Positions 28,411 to 41,199 are shown, counted from the first letter of the stretch. The stretch is 64,000 nucleotides of DNA from Octopus bimaculoides (GCF_001194135.2 NC_068982.1:99859176-99923175); one strand, 5' to 3'. Notes: generated by a model from the sequence alone, not told the origin. Program-made: numbers and translations.

Positions 28411-28729
28411 ACATCGTAAATAGCCCCAAATAATGCAGAAATCTGAGGAGGGCATTCCTGGTTTTGTTAAGTATATTCCTTAGTTGGTCGTGTTTGTTAG
28501 TTTAGGTGAAAGGGAGGACTTACCTTGTTAATTTACAATATAGAATAAATATGTTCCAAAGGTATATACATATGTATCTGATAAAACAGAATCCAAGTAT
28601 GTAAAACTCTGCTGTAAAACCCTCCTGCCATCTCACCCTTGAAGAAGGGCTATTTCTGAAACTTAAGATAGTCCATTCGCCTTAACAATCTCAATGTAGC
28701 CATTCTGTCAATATATGTGTATGTGTACC

Positions 28730-28935
28730 ATCATCATCATCATCATTATCATTCAACATTTGTGGTCTATGCTGGCATGGGTTGGATGGTTTGACCAGGA
28801 CTGGTAAGCTGAGGGGCTGCACCAGACTCCTATCTGATTTGGCTTGGTTTCTATGGCTGGATGCTCTTCCTAACGCCAACCACTCTGAGAGTGTAATGGG
28901 TGCTTTTATGTGCCAGTTGCATGGCACCAGTATCT
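28730..28935 (-). mobile_element. RTE-tailed non-autonomous element (family D)
   Basis: Reverse-complement match to 51488-51777 (ggttggcgttaggaagagcatccagcc...ccatgccagc, (GAT)n tail). Confidence 0.8.
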
Positions 28936-29096
28936 GACACAACTAAGACTTCACTTGGCTTGATGGGTCTTCTTCTCAAGTACAGCATATTGCCAAAGGT
29001 TTCAGTCATTTGTCATTGCCTCAGTGAGGCACATGCTAGTTGCGTGACACTGGTGTCATCCACACACACATGCATACATACATATGATATGAGAAG

Positions 29097-29402
29097 GTGT
29101 GTGGCTTAGTGGTTAGGGTATTCATCTCATGAGTTCGATTCCCAATAATGCATTGTGTCCTTGAGCAAGACGCTTAATTTCACATTGCTCCAGTCCACTC
29201 AACTGGCAAGAATGAGTTGTACCTGTAATTCAAAGGGCCAGCCTTGTCACACTCTGTGCTACACTGAATCTCCCAGAGAACTATGTTAAGAGTACACATG
29301 TCTGTGGAGTGCTCAGCCACTTGCACTTTCATTTCATGAGCAGGCTGTTCTGTTGATCAGATCAACTGGAACCCTCATCATTGTAACCGATAGAGTGCCA
29401 GT
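29097..29402 (+). mobile_element. tRNA-derived SINE (family C)
   Basis: A-box-like gtggcttagtggttag, B-box-like gagttcgattccc, central tgtgtccttgagcaagacgctt. Confidence 0.75.
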
Positions 29403-29644
29403 TAGATATATGATATACATGTCTGCATATATTGTAATAATGAAATGACATGTGGATGTAAATTTTTAGACTTTATTAATATATTGCAACATATGTTTCT
29501 GCATCCCACATGTTCATTTGTGAGAACATTTTCTCATCCATAGGATATTACTAAATATTATTTATAATATCTATAAGTCTTGGGTATGCTTCCATTATAC
29601 ATGTATGCTTCCATTATACATGTATGCTTCCTTGGGCATCTACA

Positions 29645-29689
<45 letters not shown>

Positions 29690-30080
29690 TATGTGTGTGT
29701 GTTTATATATTTAGATAAACTCATTCTTTATGCAAACACTGAGTGCACAAGACAAACATTCTCTGCTAGCTGATGTGATAATTTCAGAAAAGAGTTGAAA
29801 TATTCCTGCACTTACTAAAGGACTTTCCACATATATATAATGTACTGTTGCTTGTTGATAATTTCAGCAAAATAAAGCACCCAATGCATTTGAGAGTTAT
29901 TAATATATTATTTGCAGAAATTACTTTCATTTTCACGCTGGGATAGCCACAGTTTGATTTAAGCTGAGCCAGATATCTTACTCCTAGCATGAAAAATGAA
30001 AAGAAAGCAATTAGTAGCAAATATGATATTCCATAATGTATGAGTATATAAATATATATATATATATCCACACACATACA

Positions 30081-30590
30081 CACATGTTCTGATCAATAAG
30101 TATCCGGACTGTCGCTATAGTAACAAAACTAAAACACAGAGAGTGAAGCTACTTGGCACAGATTGACCTTGAACTCTGGAGTGCATGTACACTAAGTTTT
30201 AAGGTTCTAGCTCACATCTGCTGTTTACAGCAGTGCTATGCAGGAAGGTGCAAATTTTGCCAAAAGCTTGGCGACACCTGCTCAAAGGCCTACACAAAGT
30301 TTTCAAGAAGTTTTCATCGTTTTCAACACAATCAAGGAGATCTTGTGCAACTGGAACCGGAGTGTTTTTTTTGTCACCTGAAAGCAGTTTTGGCACAAAC
30401 TTGGGAGACAGGCGTCTCATACTCAAATATTCGGTGATAACGGACTGAACTGTAACTAATCTGCACATCCCCTGATAATTCTCCGATGAAGGGATATAAT
30501 AAATATCCTGGAAACAGCTGTAAGACCTTCTATTTATAAATGTTCTAAAATCTTCACAGCCTTGATTTTTCATCTCATTCTGAAAAAAAT
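30081..30590. mobile_element. Rearranged mariner remnant: 5' part on +, following part inverted on -
   Basis: TIR-like gttctgatcaataagtatccggactg; + strand KFCQKLGDTCSKAYTK; - strand VQSVITEYLSMRRLSPKFVPKLLS...ENDENFLKT. Confidence 0.8.
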
Positions 30591-31762
30591 TTTATAAATA
30601 TATATAAATATATATCTATTTACATATATATTTAAATATATATGTAATCTGAATGCTAAAGGGTTGACTGATGCACCTCATCTTCTACACATGCTGATAT
30701 CTGCATCAATTTGTCTTCAGCTGCATCCTGAAAAACATGCTATGAATAGTATAAATACACACACACATATATACATGTATGTATATGTGTGTGAGTGTCA
30801 GTATGTTTGTGTCACTTTGTCCTGACATCGAGCGATTGTTGCAAATGAGTGTCACAGTCGCACAAGCAGTATATCATTCATTTCCAATATTCTGTGGAAA
30901 ACATGTCTGGTCAAGGGGAAATTTTAATTATGTTGCTTGGAAACAGATAAAGGTTGGCAACAGGGAGGGCATCTGTCTGAAGAAAATCTACTTAATAATG
31001 TCCATCAGATTCATTCATGCATGGAAAAGTGGATGTTAAAACAAGGATGATGATACATACATACGTGTATACACACACACATAGAGGCAAGAACACATGT
31101 CTACACTTAGTAAAACATACACATACATAAATTTATGAGTATATGAAACCATTTTCATGTACATATTGATTTTTATTACTGGCACAAGGCCAGAAATGTT
31201 TGTTTGTTTGTTTGGTGTGGGTGGAGTGGAGGTGAGAGGGCACACTGATTACACCATCTTTGTACTTGACCATACTCATTTTATTAATTACAGAGAAAAT
31301 GAAAATAAAGTCAGACCGTAAGTAGAATTTTAGCTCAGAATATAAAAGAATATATCTAAATACTACAAAAGTACGTTTGTCTACACTCTACCATTATTAT
31401 ATCATTAATCACAGTGAAGTTGCTGTTTGATCCCAGATCAGTCCTGATCAGGTAAACCTTTGATAAAAGGAATTCTAGCCAAAACCAGTTCATGTCTTTT
31501 TTTCGAGCTTTATGTATTCCAGACTACACTGTTTTTTTTTATATATAAAAATGGGAGTGTATGTGTGGTTTAAAAGAGATTTGGCTGTTATTTCTAGTAA
31601 GTGGTGCAAGAACATAGATGCTCTCCTATTAGCTCATTAACAATTGTGAGTGGTACAAGGTGACTAAGTGGTTAAGAGAATGTACTTCTCACACATCAAC
31701 AGTATGATGTAGGCATACATTGATATTTAGACATGAACCTTTTAATGTATTTTAATTAACTC

Positions 31763-31975
31763 AGGCGGCGAGCTGGCAGAATCGTTAGCACACCGGGCAA
31801 AATGCTTAGGCGTGCTTCATCCATCTATACGTTCTGAGCTCAAATTCCAGTGAGGTCAACTTTTCCTTTCATTCTTCCGAGGTCGATAATACAAGTATCA
31901 GGTGAGGTAATCGTCTTACCTCCTCCTCCAAACTTGCTGGCCTTGTGCCGAAATTTAAAACCAATAATCTCTTTA
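31763..31975 (+). mobile_element. SINE family A, well-preserved copy
   Basis: ggcggcgagctggcagaatcgttagcacaccgggcaaaatgcttag...gccttgtgccgaaattt; retains CpGs. Confidence 0.9.
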
Positions 31976-33882
31976 TTATAATGAGACTCACACTCAACTG
32001 GGTATTGTTACTGATCTACTCCAATTAAGCAGACCTATGACCAAATGTGTTCCAGGTGTGACCATGCCATCTTTTTGTATACGTAGGACTGCATTGTGCA
32101 ATGTGTCCATTTCTAAGATATGATTTTAGAGAGATTTGGCTGCTATTTCCTAACAAGTTGGAAAACTGTGTAGAGGCTTCCTTCTTGGATTGGCTCAAGT
32201 GTGTGTTATGTTGCTGGTGGTGTTATTTGATTAAATTCAAGAATTTATGAAGTAGACATTGATATTTAAAAATTCGTAATAAAACTAGAGCGCAGAGGCA
32301 CGCAGTGAAGGAGTAAATTACATGTAACACATATTTTAATGCTTATTTGCTATTATTTCACATTTATTTATTTATGTTTGTTAAATCCTTCTAATGTCAG
32401 CTCTTTGTAGATTAAAAAGGCGGCTGTGTGAGAAACAGATGTAATTGAAATATCCAGAAATATCCGAAGAATTTCACAGTTTAGCCACAGAATAATAACA
32501 ATGAAACACACGCACACATACATTACAAGCACACACACACACATACGCATACATAATTTGTACATAATTTGTAAGGCGAAGCTTAAAATCTTTCCGCAAC
32601 ATTTTATAATGGAGATGATGATGTGTAGAAGAATGCTAAACATCTTAGCTACACACACACACACGAGTACTATAAGGAAATTCTTTGTAAACAACGAATT
32701 GAAATGCGATAATGATGTTTTGGGGTTTTTTTCTTTTCATTTTGTTTTGTTTTCGTCCCCACCCCTTTATTTTAATAAAAATGTTTTAAAAATGAACTAT
32801 ACATTTCTGGTTGAAATACATATTCTACATTTCAGTAAATACAAATGAAAATTGAAACCTTGCTTTATAATACATGCATGTATGTATGTGTGTGTGGTCT
32901 GTGTGCGCGGGTAGGGGTGTAATAATAGCAATAATGATGCTAATAATAATCATCATAATGAAAAAGAAAAAAAATGAAGGCAAAATGAGTCATGGGAGAT
33001 GAAGAGTTCGAGTGAGAGGAAGGGAGACATGAGAAAAATATCAACGCCCTTAATGTAAGTTTACCGTTTCTATACGGTGTGTGTGTGTGTGTGTGCGAGT
33101 ATGCGTATATGAGAGAGTACGTGGTGGAATGAGTAAGTATGTGTGCGGTGGTGTTTCCAGCACCATCCAGCCTACCACCCCCGCCTCATGTGAATAACCA
33201 AACTGTAGCAGCGACTTTCGTTGGCAGCGACAACAGCTTTACAACAATCATTATTATTATTATTATTAACTGTTGTAAAAGTAGCAGCTTTTGTTATTGT
33301 AGTAGCAGTAGTTGTTGCAGCCGTAGGTGATAGAATTCTAGTGAAATGAGGAACCATTCTACATTACGCACAGAGTTCACTGTGTGTGTGTATGCATGTA
33401 TGTATATACATATATACACACACATACACACACACACATTATAACACCAAGAACGATAGTGACATATCGGTGATATTAAATGAGGGTGTTTCTACAACCG
33501 AAGAGGTACCCAAACTAAAGATGCGTGGGATGTGATAAAAAAAAAAATTTTAACCACCATAGTTTGACAAAAAGGATTTGATTAAAAACCGTAAGGGTGG
33601 GTTTTTGTGCGAGTTGCTTTCCTTAAATATCATCTTGTGGAAAATAATGGTCGTGGTTGCTGGGCAAGTTTTATTTTTAGAAGCTCAGAAGTGCAAATAT
33701 GGTGCAAACATGGCTATGTGGTTAAGAAGTTCGCTTCGCATACACGTGGCTCCTGGTTCGATACTAGAACGAGCACCTTGAGCAAGTAACTTCGGGATGT
33801 GAGAAGAATTTGGTAGACACAAACTATTCAGAAAGCTATACACACTATAAATTATATGTCCAGATGTCCTGCATATATCCAA

Positions 33883-33934
<52 letters not shown>

Positions 33935-34449
33935 GTATAATTCTCAGACAGTTGTCAGTAAGTCAGAGAAAAAATACATTCAATGATAAGTGAAGAGCGG
34001 TTACATTTTTATATATCGCCGAACAGTATATTACTGGTTATGGTAGTATAACCCGATATTGTGGCATATAATATATATATGATACGCATGTGTAGTGATA
34101 TCTTGTGAGCAACGGTATTTGAAAGTGTCATTGGATTATCTTCATCATATAATTTCTTACACAGGCACAGTGATGTGAATGGGCGCTAAGCTAGATTGAC
34201 TGTGACAGCGAAACAGAGAGTACTTGTCACTGTGATTTCAACATCGTGGGAGTGTTAAAAAAATTGTTTACACGTTTTACAAATCACAAAATTATGTAAA
34301 CAAGTACTACTTGATATATATTGCGTTCACTGACTGCAATTCGGTTTCGAATCTCAGTTTTAGAGTAGATAATGTCCTTGAGAAAAAAATGTGAATACGA
34401 ATACCATTTCTTTATTTTCTCTTTCCTTAAAAATTTCGTTTGGAACCTA

Positions 34450-34830
34450 TGATTCAAATATGTCGTTGTTTATCCCCCACGTCACCCTTAATCGAGGAAG
34501 ATGTATGATGAAAGCTGTTCCAGCGGTGCCTATCTCGTCTTAATTCTTTAATATAGCAAGGACTAAACTGTCAAATGTATCCCGCTTGGTGTTGAAAGGA
34601 ACAATTTGCCTTGTAAAGCGCCAACCTAGCAAGAGCATCTGCGTAAAGGCTCCGTTGTTGGTTAGCCCCACGTCAACTGTAACTGAGCAGACGTATGATC
34701 AAAGGTATTCTAGCCATGACTATCCAGTCTTTGTTTTTCAACCAAAAGGGTATGATTTGAAGGATATTTGGCAGCTATTTCTAATAAATCGAGTGACTAC
34801 AAAGATGCTCCTTTGTATGTTGGAATGACT
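34450..34830 (+). repeat. Interspersed repeat family F (two tandem copies)
   Basis: gtt.agcccca.gtcaa...tatgatcaaagg...gatatttggcagctatttcta. Further copies at ~31425-31640(+), 32010-32190(+), 19100-19310(-), 43845-44030(-), 57750-57950(-) and 59660-59830(-). Confidence 0.75.
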
Positions 34831-36809
34831 GATACAAGAGGGTTCGGCTCGAAACGTTAGATATTTTGGTATTTTTCAGGCATCACAACAGAGGTTATCT
34901 TTTATTCTATTATTTTTTTCTTTTCCTACTCTTACTTTTCACTGTCGATAGACCATTTTTAACTTGCCTAATATTCTAACGATAATATATTGTTTGCAAG
35001 GTATCACTTTTGGACGCCTTCCGTTCTCATGCTGAAATCCTATTGATACCGGCATTCTTTTTCAGTATCGATAACACAAGTACCAACACTACATCGAAAT
35101 TAAATAAATGGCTAGGATGAGCATCACAGCTCACAGCCTCTCAATTCCTCTCGCCTAAACATTACGAGCACATAATATAATATATATCAATGGTTGTTTA
35201 GCCACAGGTTAACTTTGATTGGACAGGCCTATCAACAAAGGTGTTCAGTTTATGTAGGACCATCTTCGATTCTAAGACAGTTTTGTGTAATTGCTCAAGT
35301 GGTGGGGGATAAAAATATATCATTATATTCATATACAAAAGGCAGTGAGCTGGCAGAAATTGACAGAACATACTACTACTTCCATACTTGATCTCGTCTC
35401 TTCAAATTAAACTGATATTAACAGTACCGTTCATACTTTCGAGGTTTTTTAAATAACAGTAAATATACACTAGTGCGATTTAATTAACCATAAGCTCTTT
35501 CCCACAAAATTTGACCTTGTCAAAAGAAAATGTGAATCGGAAATAACAAATACAATTCTTAACAAGTAACAACGCGAGTAAACGAAATGCTCTTTTGGTA
35601 TTAGCAATGTTAGAGAATGAAAGAAAGAAATCAAAATGCAATAATGAGATTTAAAAGAAGACGAAAATGAAAGAATGAGTTGAGTCATCAACTTTTTTTA
35701 TCAATTCTTTCTCGTGAAGTTAACACACAGGTGAAGTAAATTAGATGATCGTTCCGCATGAGTTGATGTTGCTTTACAACTGTTAACTTGAGTAAGAGTG
35801 ATTCACCTGATAGAGGTACTAACATGATGTTATGTTGATAAATCATCAGCATTTGTCACTGAAGACGCCAGAGGAAGACGCTTATGGAAAGAAGCTTGCA
35901 TTTATTTTTTTCATCTACCATAAATAATACAAGGCAGTACAAGAATTAAAACGCAAAAGGTCCTTCGCATTTTCAGTATGAAATCCACCCCCTAAAAGCC
36001 TTCCTTCTTTTCCACCCGCCCACTTCTTCGCTTGTTGTGTGTGAGTGTGGAAAGCGAATAGTTAATAGTGGTTCCATCCTGAACATCATTAACAACACAT
36101 GACCTGACAAGATAAATAACAGACAAAAAGATCGATAAAATCGTCGTCTCACGATGTCGAATCGAACTAGTAAAAACGTTCATGTGCGTGTGAAAGATAT
36201 TGTGTTGCAGTGGAGATAGCAAGTAACAAGGTACGCTGAATGAAAGAGAAATACAGACTAAGAGAAAAAGAAAGAGAGAATGAGGGAGAAGTGAAGAATG
36301 TTTCATGTCGGCGCCATTTTGAATAGATCTGGCGGCTGATTAAAGACGGGAAGCTAGGTGAAGAAGTTGCCGGTGAGAGATGCACCTGCCCGTAGCAATT
36401 AGTCATCGAAGAATATAAAATATAGTAGCTAATGATGTCAAGCCGGTCGAGAGAGTGACCGGACAACAGTTAAGCATACAGATGTGAATGAAATACGATC
36501 AAAAGATAATAGACGAATAAATAAAATCTATTTTGATCGTGGAATAAAATGTAATATGACATTGTATTCGTAAACAGGAGCGAGTTGCTTCTCTTGCATA
36601 GAGATAAAAGACTACTGTAACGGTAAAAAAAAAAAGAAAATCTATTTTCTTTGTAAAGTACTAATGTCAATTTAACCTAGCTTGACAGTCGATCTTAGCG
36701 GTGAAGCCCTGCATTTCATTAAATGACAATATATACATGCATATACATAATTTTATTATTATTATCATTATTATTATACACCCACTGCATCATAATATAN
36801 NNNNNNNNN

Positions 36810-36846
<37 letters not shown>

Positions 36847-37408
36847 TAAATCAACGATTTTCTTTAAGGATTATTTAAATGACATTGAAAGTTGCATGAC
36901 AAGAGAGATTAATCAGTGTAGAGGTGATTACTTTAGATAGGTATGAGAGATAAGCGAATTTAGAAGATTAAGTAAATTAAAATCGATTTAATTAAACGCT
37001 TGTAACAATCAATTCACAAGACTCAGCAAAAATCTGCATGTTTCTAACATTCACCTATTCTAAGTGTCACCATATCTATGTGTGTGTGTCTGTGTGTTAC
37101 AAAGCAATCTACCTCCGTAAAAATATGCATGTTTCAAATGAGTTTATCCTATACTGCGGTTAAAAATTCACTTTTTGGAGATCACTTACATAAAATATAT
37201 GGTTAACCTTCATTATTCAATTTGATCTATCAATAATCAAGAAAGGACAAATCTAAGAAAAATGGTGTTACATGCAACGAAAGAAAGGATAGGTGCATTT
37301 TCTCACTTATTTCTTATGCACGAGCCCTTGTGTAAGTCTACACTCGAAAGCCATTATCACATATTTTGGCTTAGTTTAACAAAATGCCAGCAACTAAAAT
37401 GTTCTTAC

Positions 37409-37584
37409 CCATTTCGAAAGTCCTTGGTTGGCACCGATGAGGGCACCGACCACGAAATTAAATCCAGGAAGTTAGACCACTTGGTTACATTTCCTTGGAG
37501 TCGATAGAAGCGTGGAGCAGCACAACATCGAAGACGAGGAGATAGCTTAACAACCCGTCTCTCCCCCTTCCTGGGCGATACCAT
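37409..37584 (-). other. Candidate first exon of a minus-strand transcript
   Basis: ATG at 37584 opens 58 codons (MVSPRKGERRVVKLSPRLRCC...KDFRN) ending at AATGG|gtaaga. CpG-rich and just downstream of a GA-rich tract. No recognisable homology; may be UTR. Confidence 0.3.
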
Positions 37585-38410
37585 TCAATTAGATTACTCC
37601 AACGGTTGTTCTCTCTCTATTTTTGTTTCTCTCTCTATCTGTTTCTCTCTCTTTCTCTCCCTCTTTATTTCTTTCTGAATATATATATATTTTTTTCTGT
37701 TTACTGAAACATTGTTAACATAAGATATATATATATAATATTATGCAACAGAAATGTCCTATCTCTGCAAGAAATAGGTATATGGAGTGGCTTCAACTAA
37801 TATATTTATAACGTCATATTTATTTATTTATTTATTATTCTGAAAACCAAAACATATTTATGAAAGATAACCTTAATACCAAGTAGAATTTCATATTTCA
37901 CACCTTTTGGAATATTTTATTCCAAGTACACCTTGTGTATGAACTATATCAACACTGCTAAACACTGCTAATATTATACATACATATGTGTGTGTGTGTT
38001 ACTTTATTTCTCAAGAGTGTTTATATGTTTATAATAGTTATAAAACTAATATATGAATATTTGTTTCTACACACACACAAATACACGCGTACGTACACTT
38101 ATTTAAGGAGATTATCTATGTGTGACTTTCAATATTTTATTCATTGCTAAATGTTTATTCGTTTCTTGTTATAATTACATCGTTTGATATTCTTTACGCG
38201 TAATACAGAAGTTTGACAAGTTTGTGCTATATGGGGGAGGGGCACCAGCCCGCTCTGCCAACAGTTACCTCACGCAAAACCCTTAACATTTACATAGTAC
38301 GCGCGGGAAATTACATTATTTTTCGTAACTTGACGTTTCCTAAGGATTTTCATAACTTTGCGTGAAACTATCAATTCTGCCTTATTGGCAAGACTTCNNN
38401 NNNNNNNTTA

Positions 38411-38601
38411 CGGAGAATACGAATTTGCAAAAAAAAAATGGCAAAAATCGGCTTTTGAAATTACATCACCTAATTTCTTCATTTTTAACTAGGGTTTTAA
38501 GTTACAGTTCAGGTTTTAGGGTTAGGGAAAAAAAGTGAAAAATGAAGAAATGGGGGGTGGATTTCAAAATGCCGATTTTTGGCAATTTTCCGGAATCTCC
38601 G
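38411..38601. mobile_element. TA-flanked MITE with telomere-like core
   Basis: ta|cggaga...tctccg|ta. Arms ggcaaaaatcggcttttgaaat...atttcttcattttt and aaaaatgaagaaat...atttcaaaatgccgatttttgg; centre tagggttt...ttagggttaggg. Confidence 0.8.
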
Positions 38602-39234
38602 TACCCGAAAACGGGGGTTTTTGGCAAAAAAAAAAAAATTCGGGAGAAAATGGTGGGGACTTCCTATGATTTATTTATCATTATCATTTTGTTATTCTCA
38701 TTATTTATCATATTGATATGATGTGGGTGTATATCAGACTCACAGAATATTGTTTGGCACTTGCCTGTGTGTAAGTGCTCTGTTAGGATTCTTCATGTAG
38801 CTAATGGGATAATCCGTTAGAAATCTAGACGAATGAAACAAAGGTGTGTGTGTGTCCATATGTATGTATGTATACGCGTGCGCGCAACAGCAACAATTTT
38901 CGATTATCAGAATAACACGGAGTATGAATTGGTGAAGTTTCGGCTTTCAATGAATTATATTTTCTGTATTGGGTCCTCTCTTTTCTCGTTCATATCATTA
39001 TCATCACCATCGTCGTTTCAATGTCCACTTTTCCACTCCAGCATGGGTCGGATGGAATTTGTTTAGGCGCATTTTTCTCTGGCTGGATGCCCTTCATGTC
39101 ACCAACCCTTGTTCCAAGTAAGATTATATTTCCCTATGACCAGACATGTTTTCATGCAAGAGTGGGAATGAAGAACAACACTTGCATAACAATAACACTT
39201 GCTTTACTGTCAAGGCAAGGAGACTGTAACACAG

Positions 39235-39585
39235 TCATGCGTGCGTATGGCTATGAGGTAAGAGGCTTGCTTCCCAACCACGTGTGGCACCTTAGGCAAG
39301 TGTCTTCTACAATAGGCTTGGGCTGAGCAAAGCCTTGTGAGTGGATTTGATAAATGGAAACTGGAAGAAGCCCCTTGAATATGTGTGTCTGTATTTGTCC
39401 CACCACCACCAACTCTTGACAACCGATGCTGGTGTGTTTACGTTTCCATAACTTAGTAGTTCAGCAAAAGAAACTAATAGAATAAGTACTAGGTTTAAAA
39501 AAATAAGTACTGAGGTTGATACGACTAAAAATTCTTCAAGGCAGTGCCGCAGCATGGCCACAGTCTAATGACTGAAACAAGTAAA
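39235..39585 (+). mobile_element. SINE family B1
   Basis: Head, caccttaggcaagtgtc core and gactgaaacaagtaaaaga tail. Confidence 0.85.
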
Positions 39586-39772
39586 AGATATATATACAAC
39601 ATGCTTCTTTCAGTTTCCCTCTACCAAATTCACTTACAAGAACCAAGGCAGCTATAGTAGACGACATGCTGGGATAGGCTGGATGATTTGACAGGATCCA
39701 AAGAGCCAGAGAATTGCTTTGAGCTCCAGTGTCTGCTTTGGCATGGTTTCTACAGCTGGATACATGTATGTA

Positions 39773-40135
39773 AGCATGTGTGGAGTGGCTGTGTGGTAAG
39801 TAGCTTGCTTACCAGCCACATGGTTCTGGGTTCAGTCACACTGCATGGCACCTTGGGCAAGTGTCTTCTACTATAGCCTCGGGCTGACCAAAGCCTTGTG
39901 AGTGGATTTGGTAGATGGAAACTGAAAGAAGCCTGTTGTGTATGTGTGTTTGTCCCCCACCAACATCACTTGACATGCGATGCTGGTGTGTTTACGTTCC
40001 CATAACTTAGCAGTTCGGCAAAAAGAGACCAATAGAATAAATACTAGGTTTACAAAGAATAAGTCCTGGGGTCGATTTGCTCGACTAAAAGGTGGTGCTC
40101 CAGCATGGCCACAGTCAAATGACTGAAACAAAAGA
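39773..40135 (+). mobile_element. SINE family B1 (tRNA head plus CORE-like domain)
   Basis: ggagtggctgtgtggtaagtagcttg..gggttcagtc..ggcaccttgggcaagtgtc; ccttgggcaagt is the hallmark CORE-SINE motif. Confidence 0.88.
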
Positions 40136-40343
40136 ATATATGTATATATATATACTTCTAATAAAAGGATAATTCTTTTTATTATTTAATCAGTGGCCAG
40201 CATATTAAAATACCTTTTAAGGTGAAAATTATAAACAATTATAAATAAGGGCAAAAGAAAATATTTCTGTGCCAATATGCTGAAAAAATAGACTTTATAT
40301 CATCTAACCACATACAATAATTGTATATACATATATATACATA

Positions 40344-41199
40344 CAGGGTGGGTAGAAAGTCACTAAGCATTAGAAATTGCTGATAGAATTTTTAGTTTCA
40401 TTGAAGTCGTGATGAAAACACTTTTTTTAACAGACAACACTAATTGTTTTATTTCTTATTTTCCAGATGGCCAGTTGCTTGACTGTTCAGGAGCAAGCTA
40501 AGATAGCAGTACACTATGAAGTGTGAAATTCCATTGTTTTGGTTCAGAAATGATGGCATACATGGAAAGGCAAGCATGCAACACTGCATCCGGAGACAAT
40601 AAAAAGTTGTCACGCAAAGCTGACAACCATGGGCTCTGTGAATGATGCAAGAAGTAGCAGCTGTCCAACCACATCCCAATCAGCGGAGAATGTGGTAACA
40701 GTGCAGGAAATGTTTAATTGCAGCCTGCAAAAATCAACACGTCAAGCAGCTTGTGAAAGTGGACTAACAAGACACAAGGTATGTATGTTGTTACCTAAAG
40801 AATTGAATTTTCATTCTTGGAAACCCCATTATATGCAGGAACGAAAACCTGAAGACTGTGACCACAAAAGTCCAGAACTCTAAGAAGTCCAGATCTCACT
40901 CCATGTAATTTTTACCTGTGGAGGTGTACAAGACAAAACCTCACACACTGGAGGACTTAGAGATATGGATTCAGACAGGTTCTCAATGATATCCCTGACG
41001 GCATCCTTCAGAAGGTTGTTCATTCCATCCCTAGCCATTTGAGGAAACTGGTTGACACCACCAGTGCTTATGTTGAAATACGAAGATTTACTTCCATTTG
41101 TCCATGTAATAAAGAACATGTGTCATTTGTTTCAATAAATTTTTTAAAGGAATATGGATTTTATTACCAATTTTTAATGCCTACTTTTCACCCATCTTG
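40344..41199 (+). mobile_element. Internally deleted Tc1/mariner transposon
   Basis: ta|cagggtgggtagaaagt...acttttcacccatcttg|ta. ATG 40467 MASCLTVQEQAKIA; GSVNDARSS.CP.TS..ENV..VQEMF..S.QKSTRQAA; jumps to RSPDLTPCNFYLW. Confidence 0.9.

Larger units (their letters stand above)
33900..38900. promoter_or_regulatory. CpG-retaining island, probable promoter region
   Basis: Roughly 30 CpGs by eye in 36000-36600 versus about one in 3000-3600. Motifs: GC-box ccacccgccc 36012-36021, YY1 cgccattttg 36312-36321, ETS-like caggaagt 37465-37472, (CT)n tract 37608-37670, E2F gcgggaaa 38303-38310. Confidence 0.6.

Noticed and set aside
29097-29150. tRNA gene at SINE heads (also 31763, 39781, 61581)
   Set aside because: Only A/B-box-like remnants without a complete cloverleaf, followed by SINE bodies.
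29584-29631. 19-bp tandem repeat (2.5 copies); also the 22-bp duplication at ~8637-8691 and the 12-bp duplication in the mariner at ~6253-6277
   Set aside because: Ordinary slippage duplications with no functional indication.
34828-34862. ctgatacaagagggttcggctcgaaacgtt as a hammerhead
   Set aside because: The CUGANGA core is broken and no stem I can be formed.
37425-37470. Hammerhead-like ccgatga...cgaaa in the CpG island
   Set aside because: Core mismatch, weak stem II and no stem I pairing.
37262-37507. 81-aa plus-strand ORF in the CpG island
   Set aside because: No recognisable motifs and no splice support; the opposite-strand exon model has a consensus donor.
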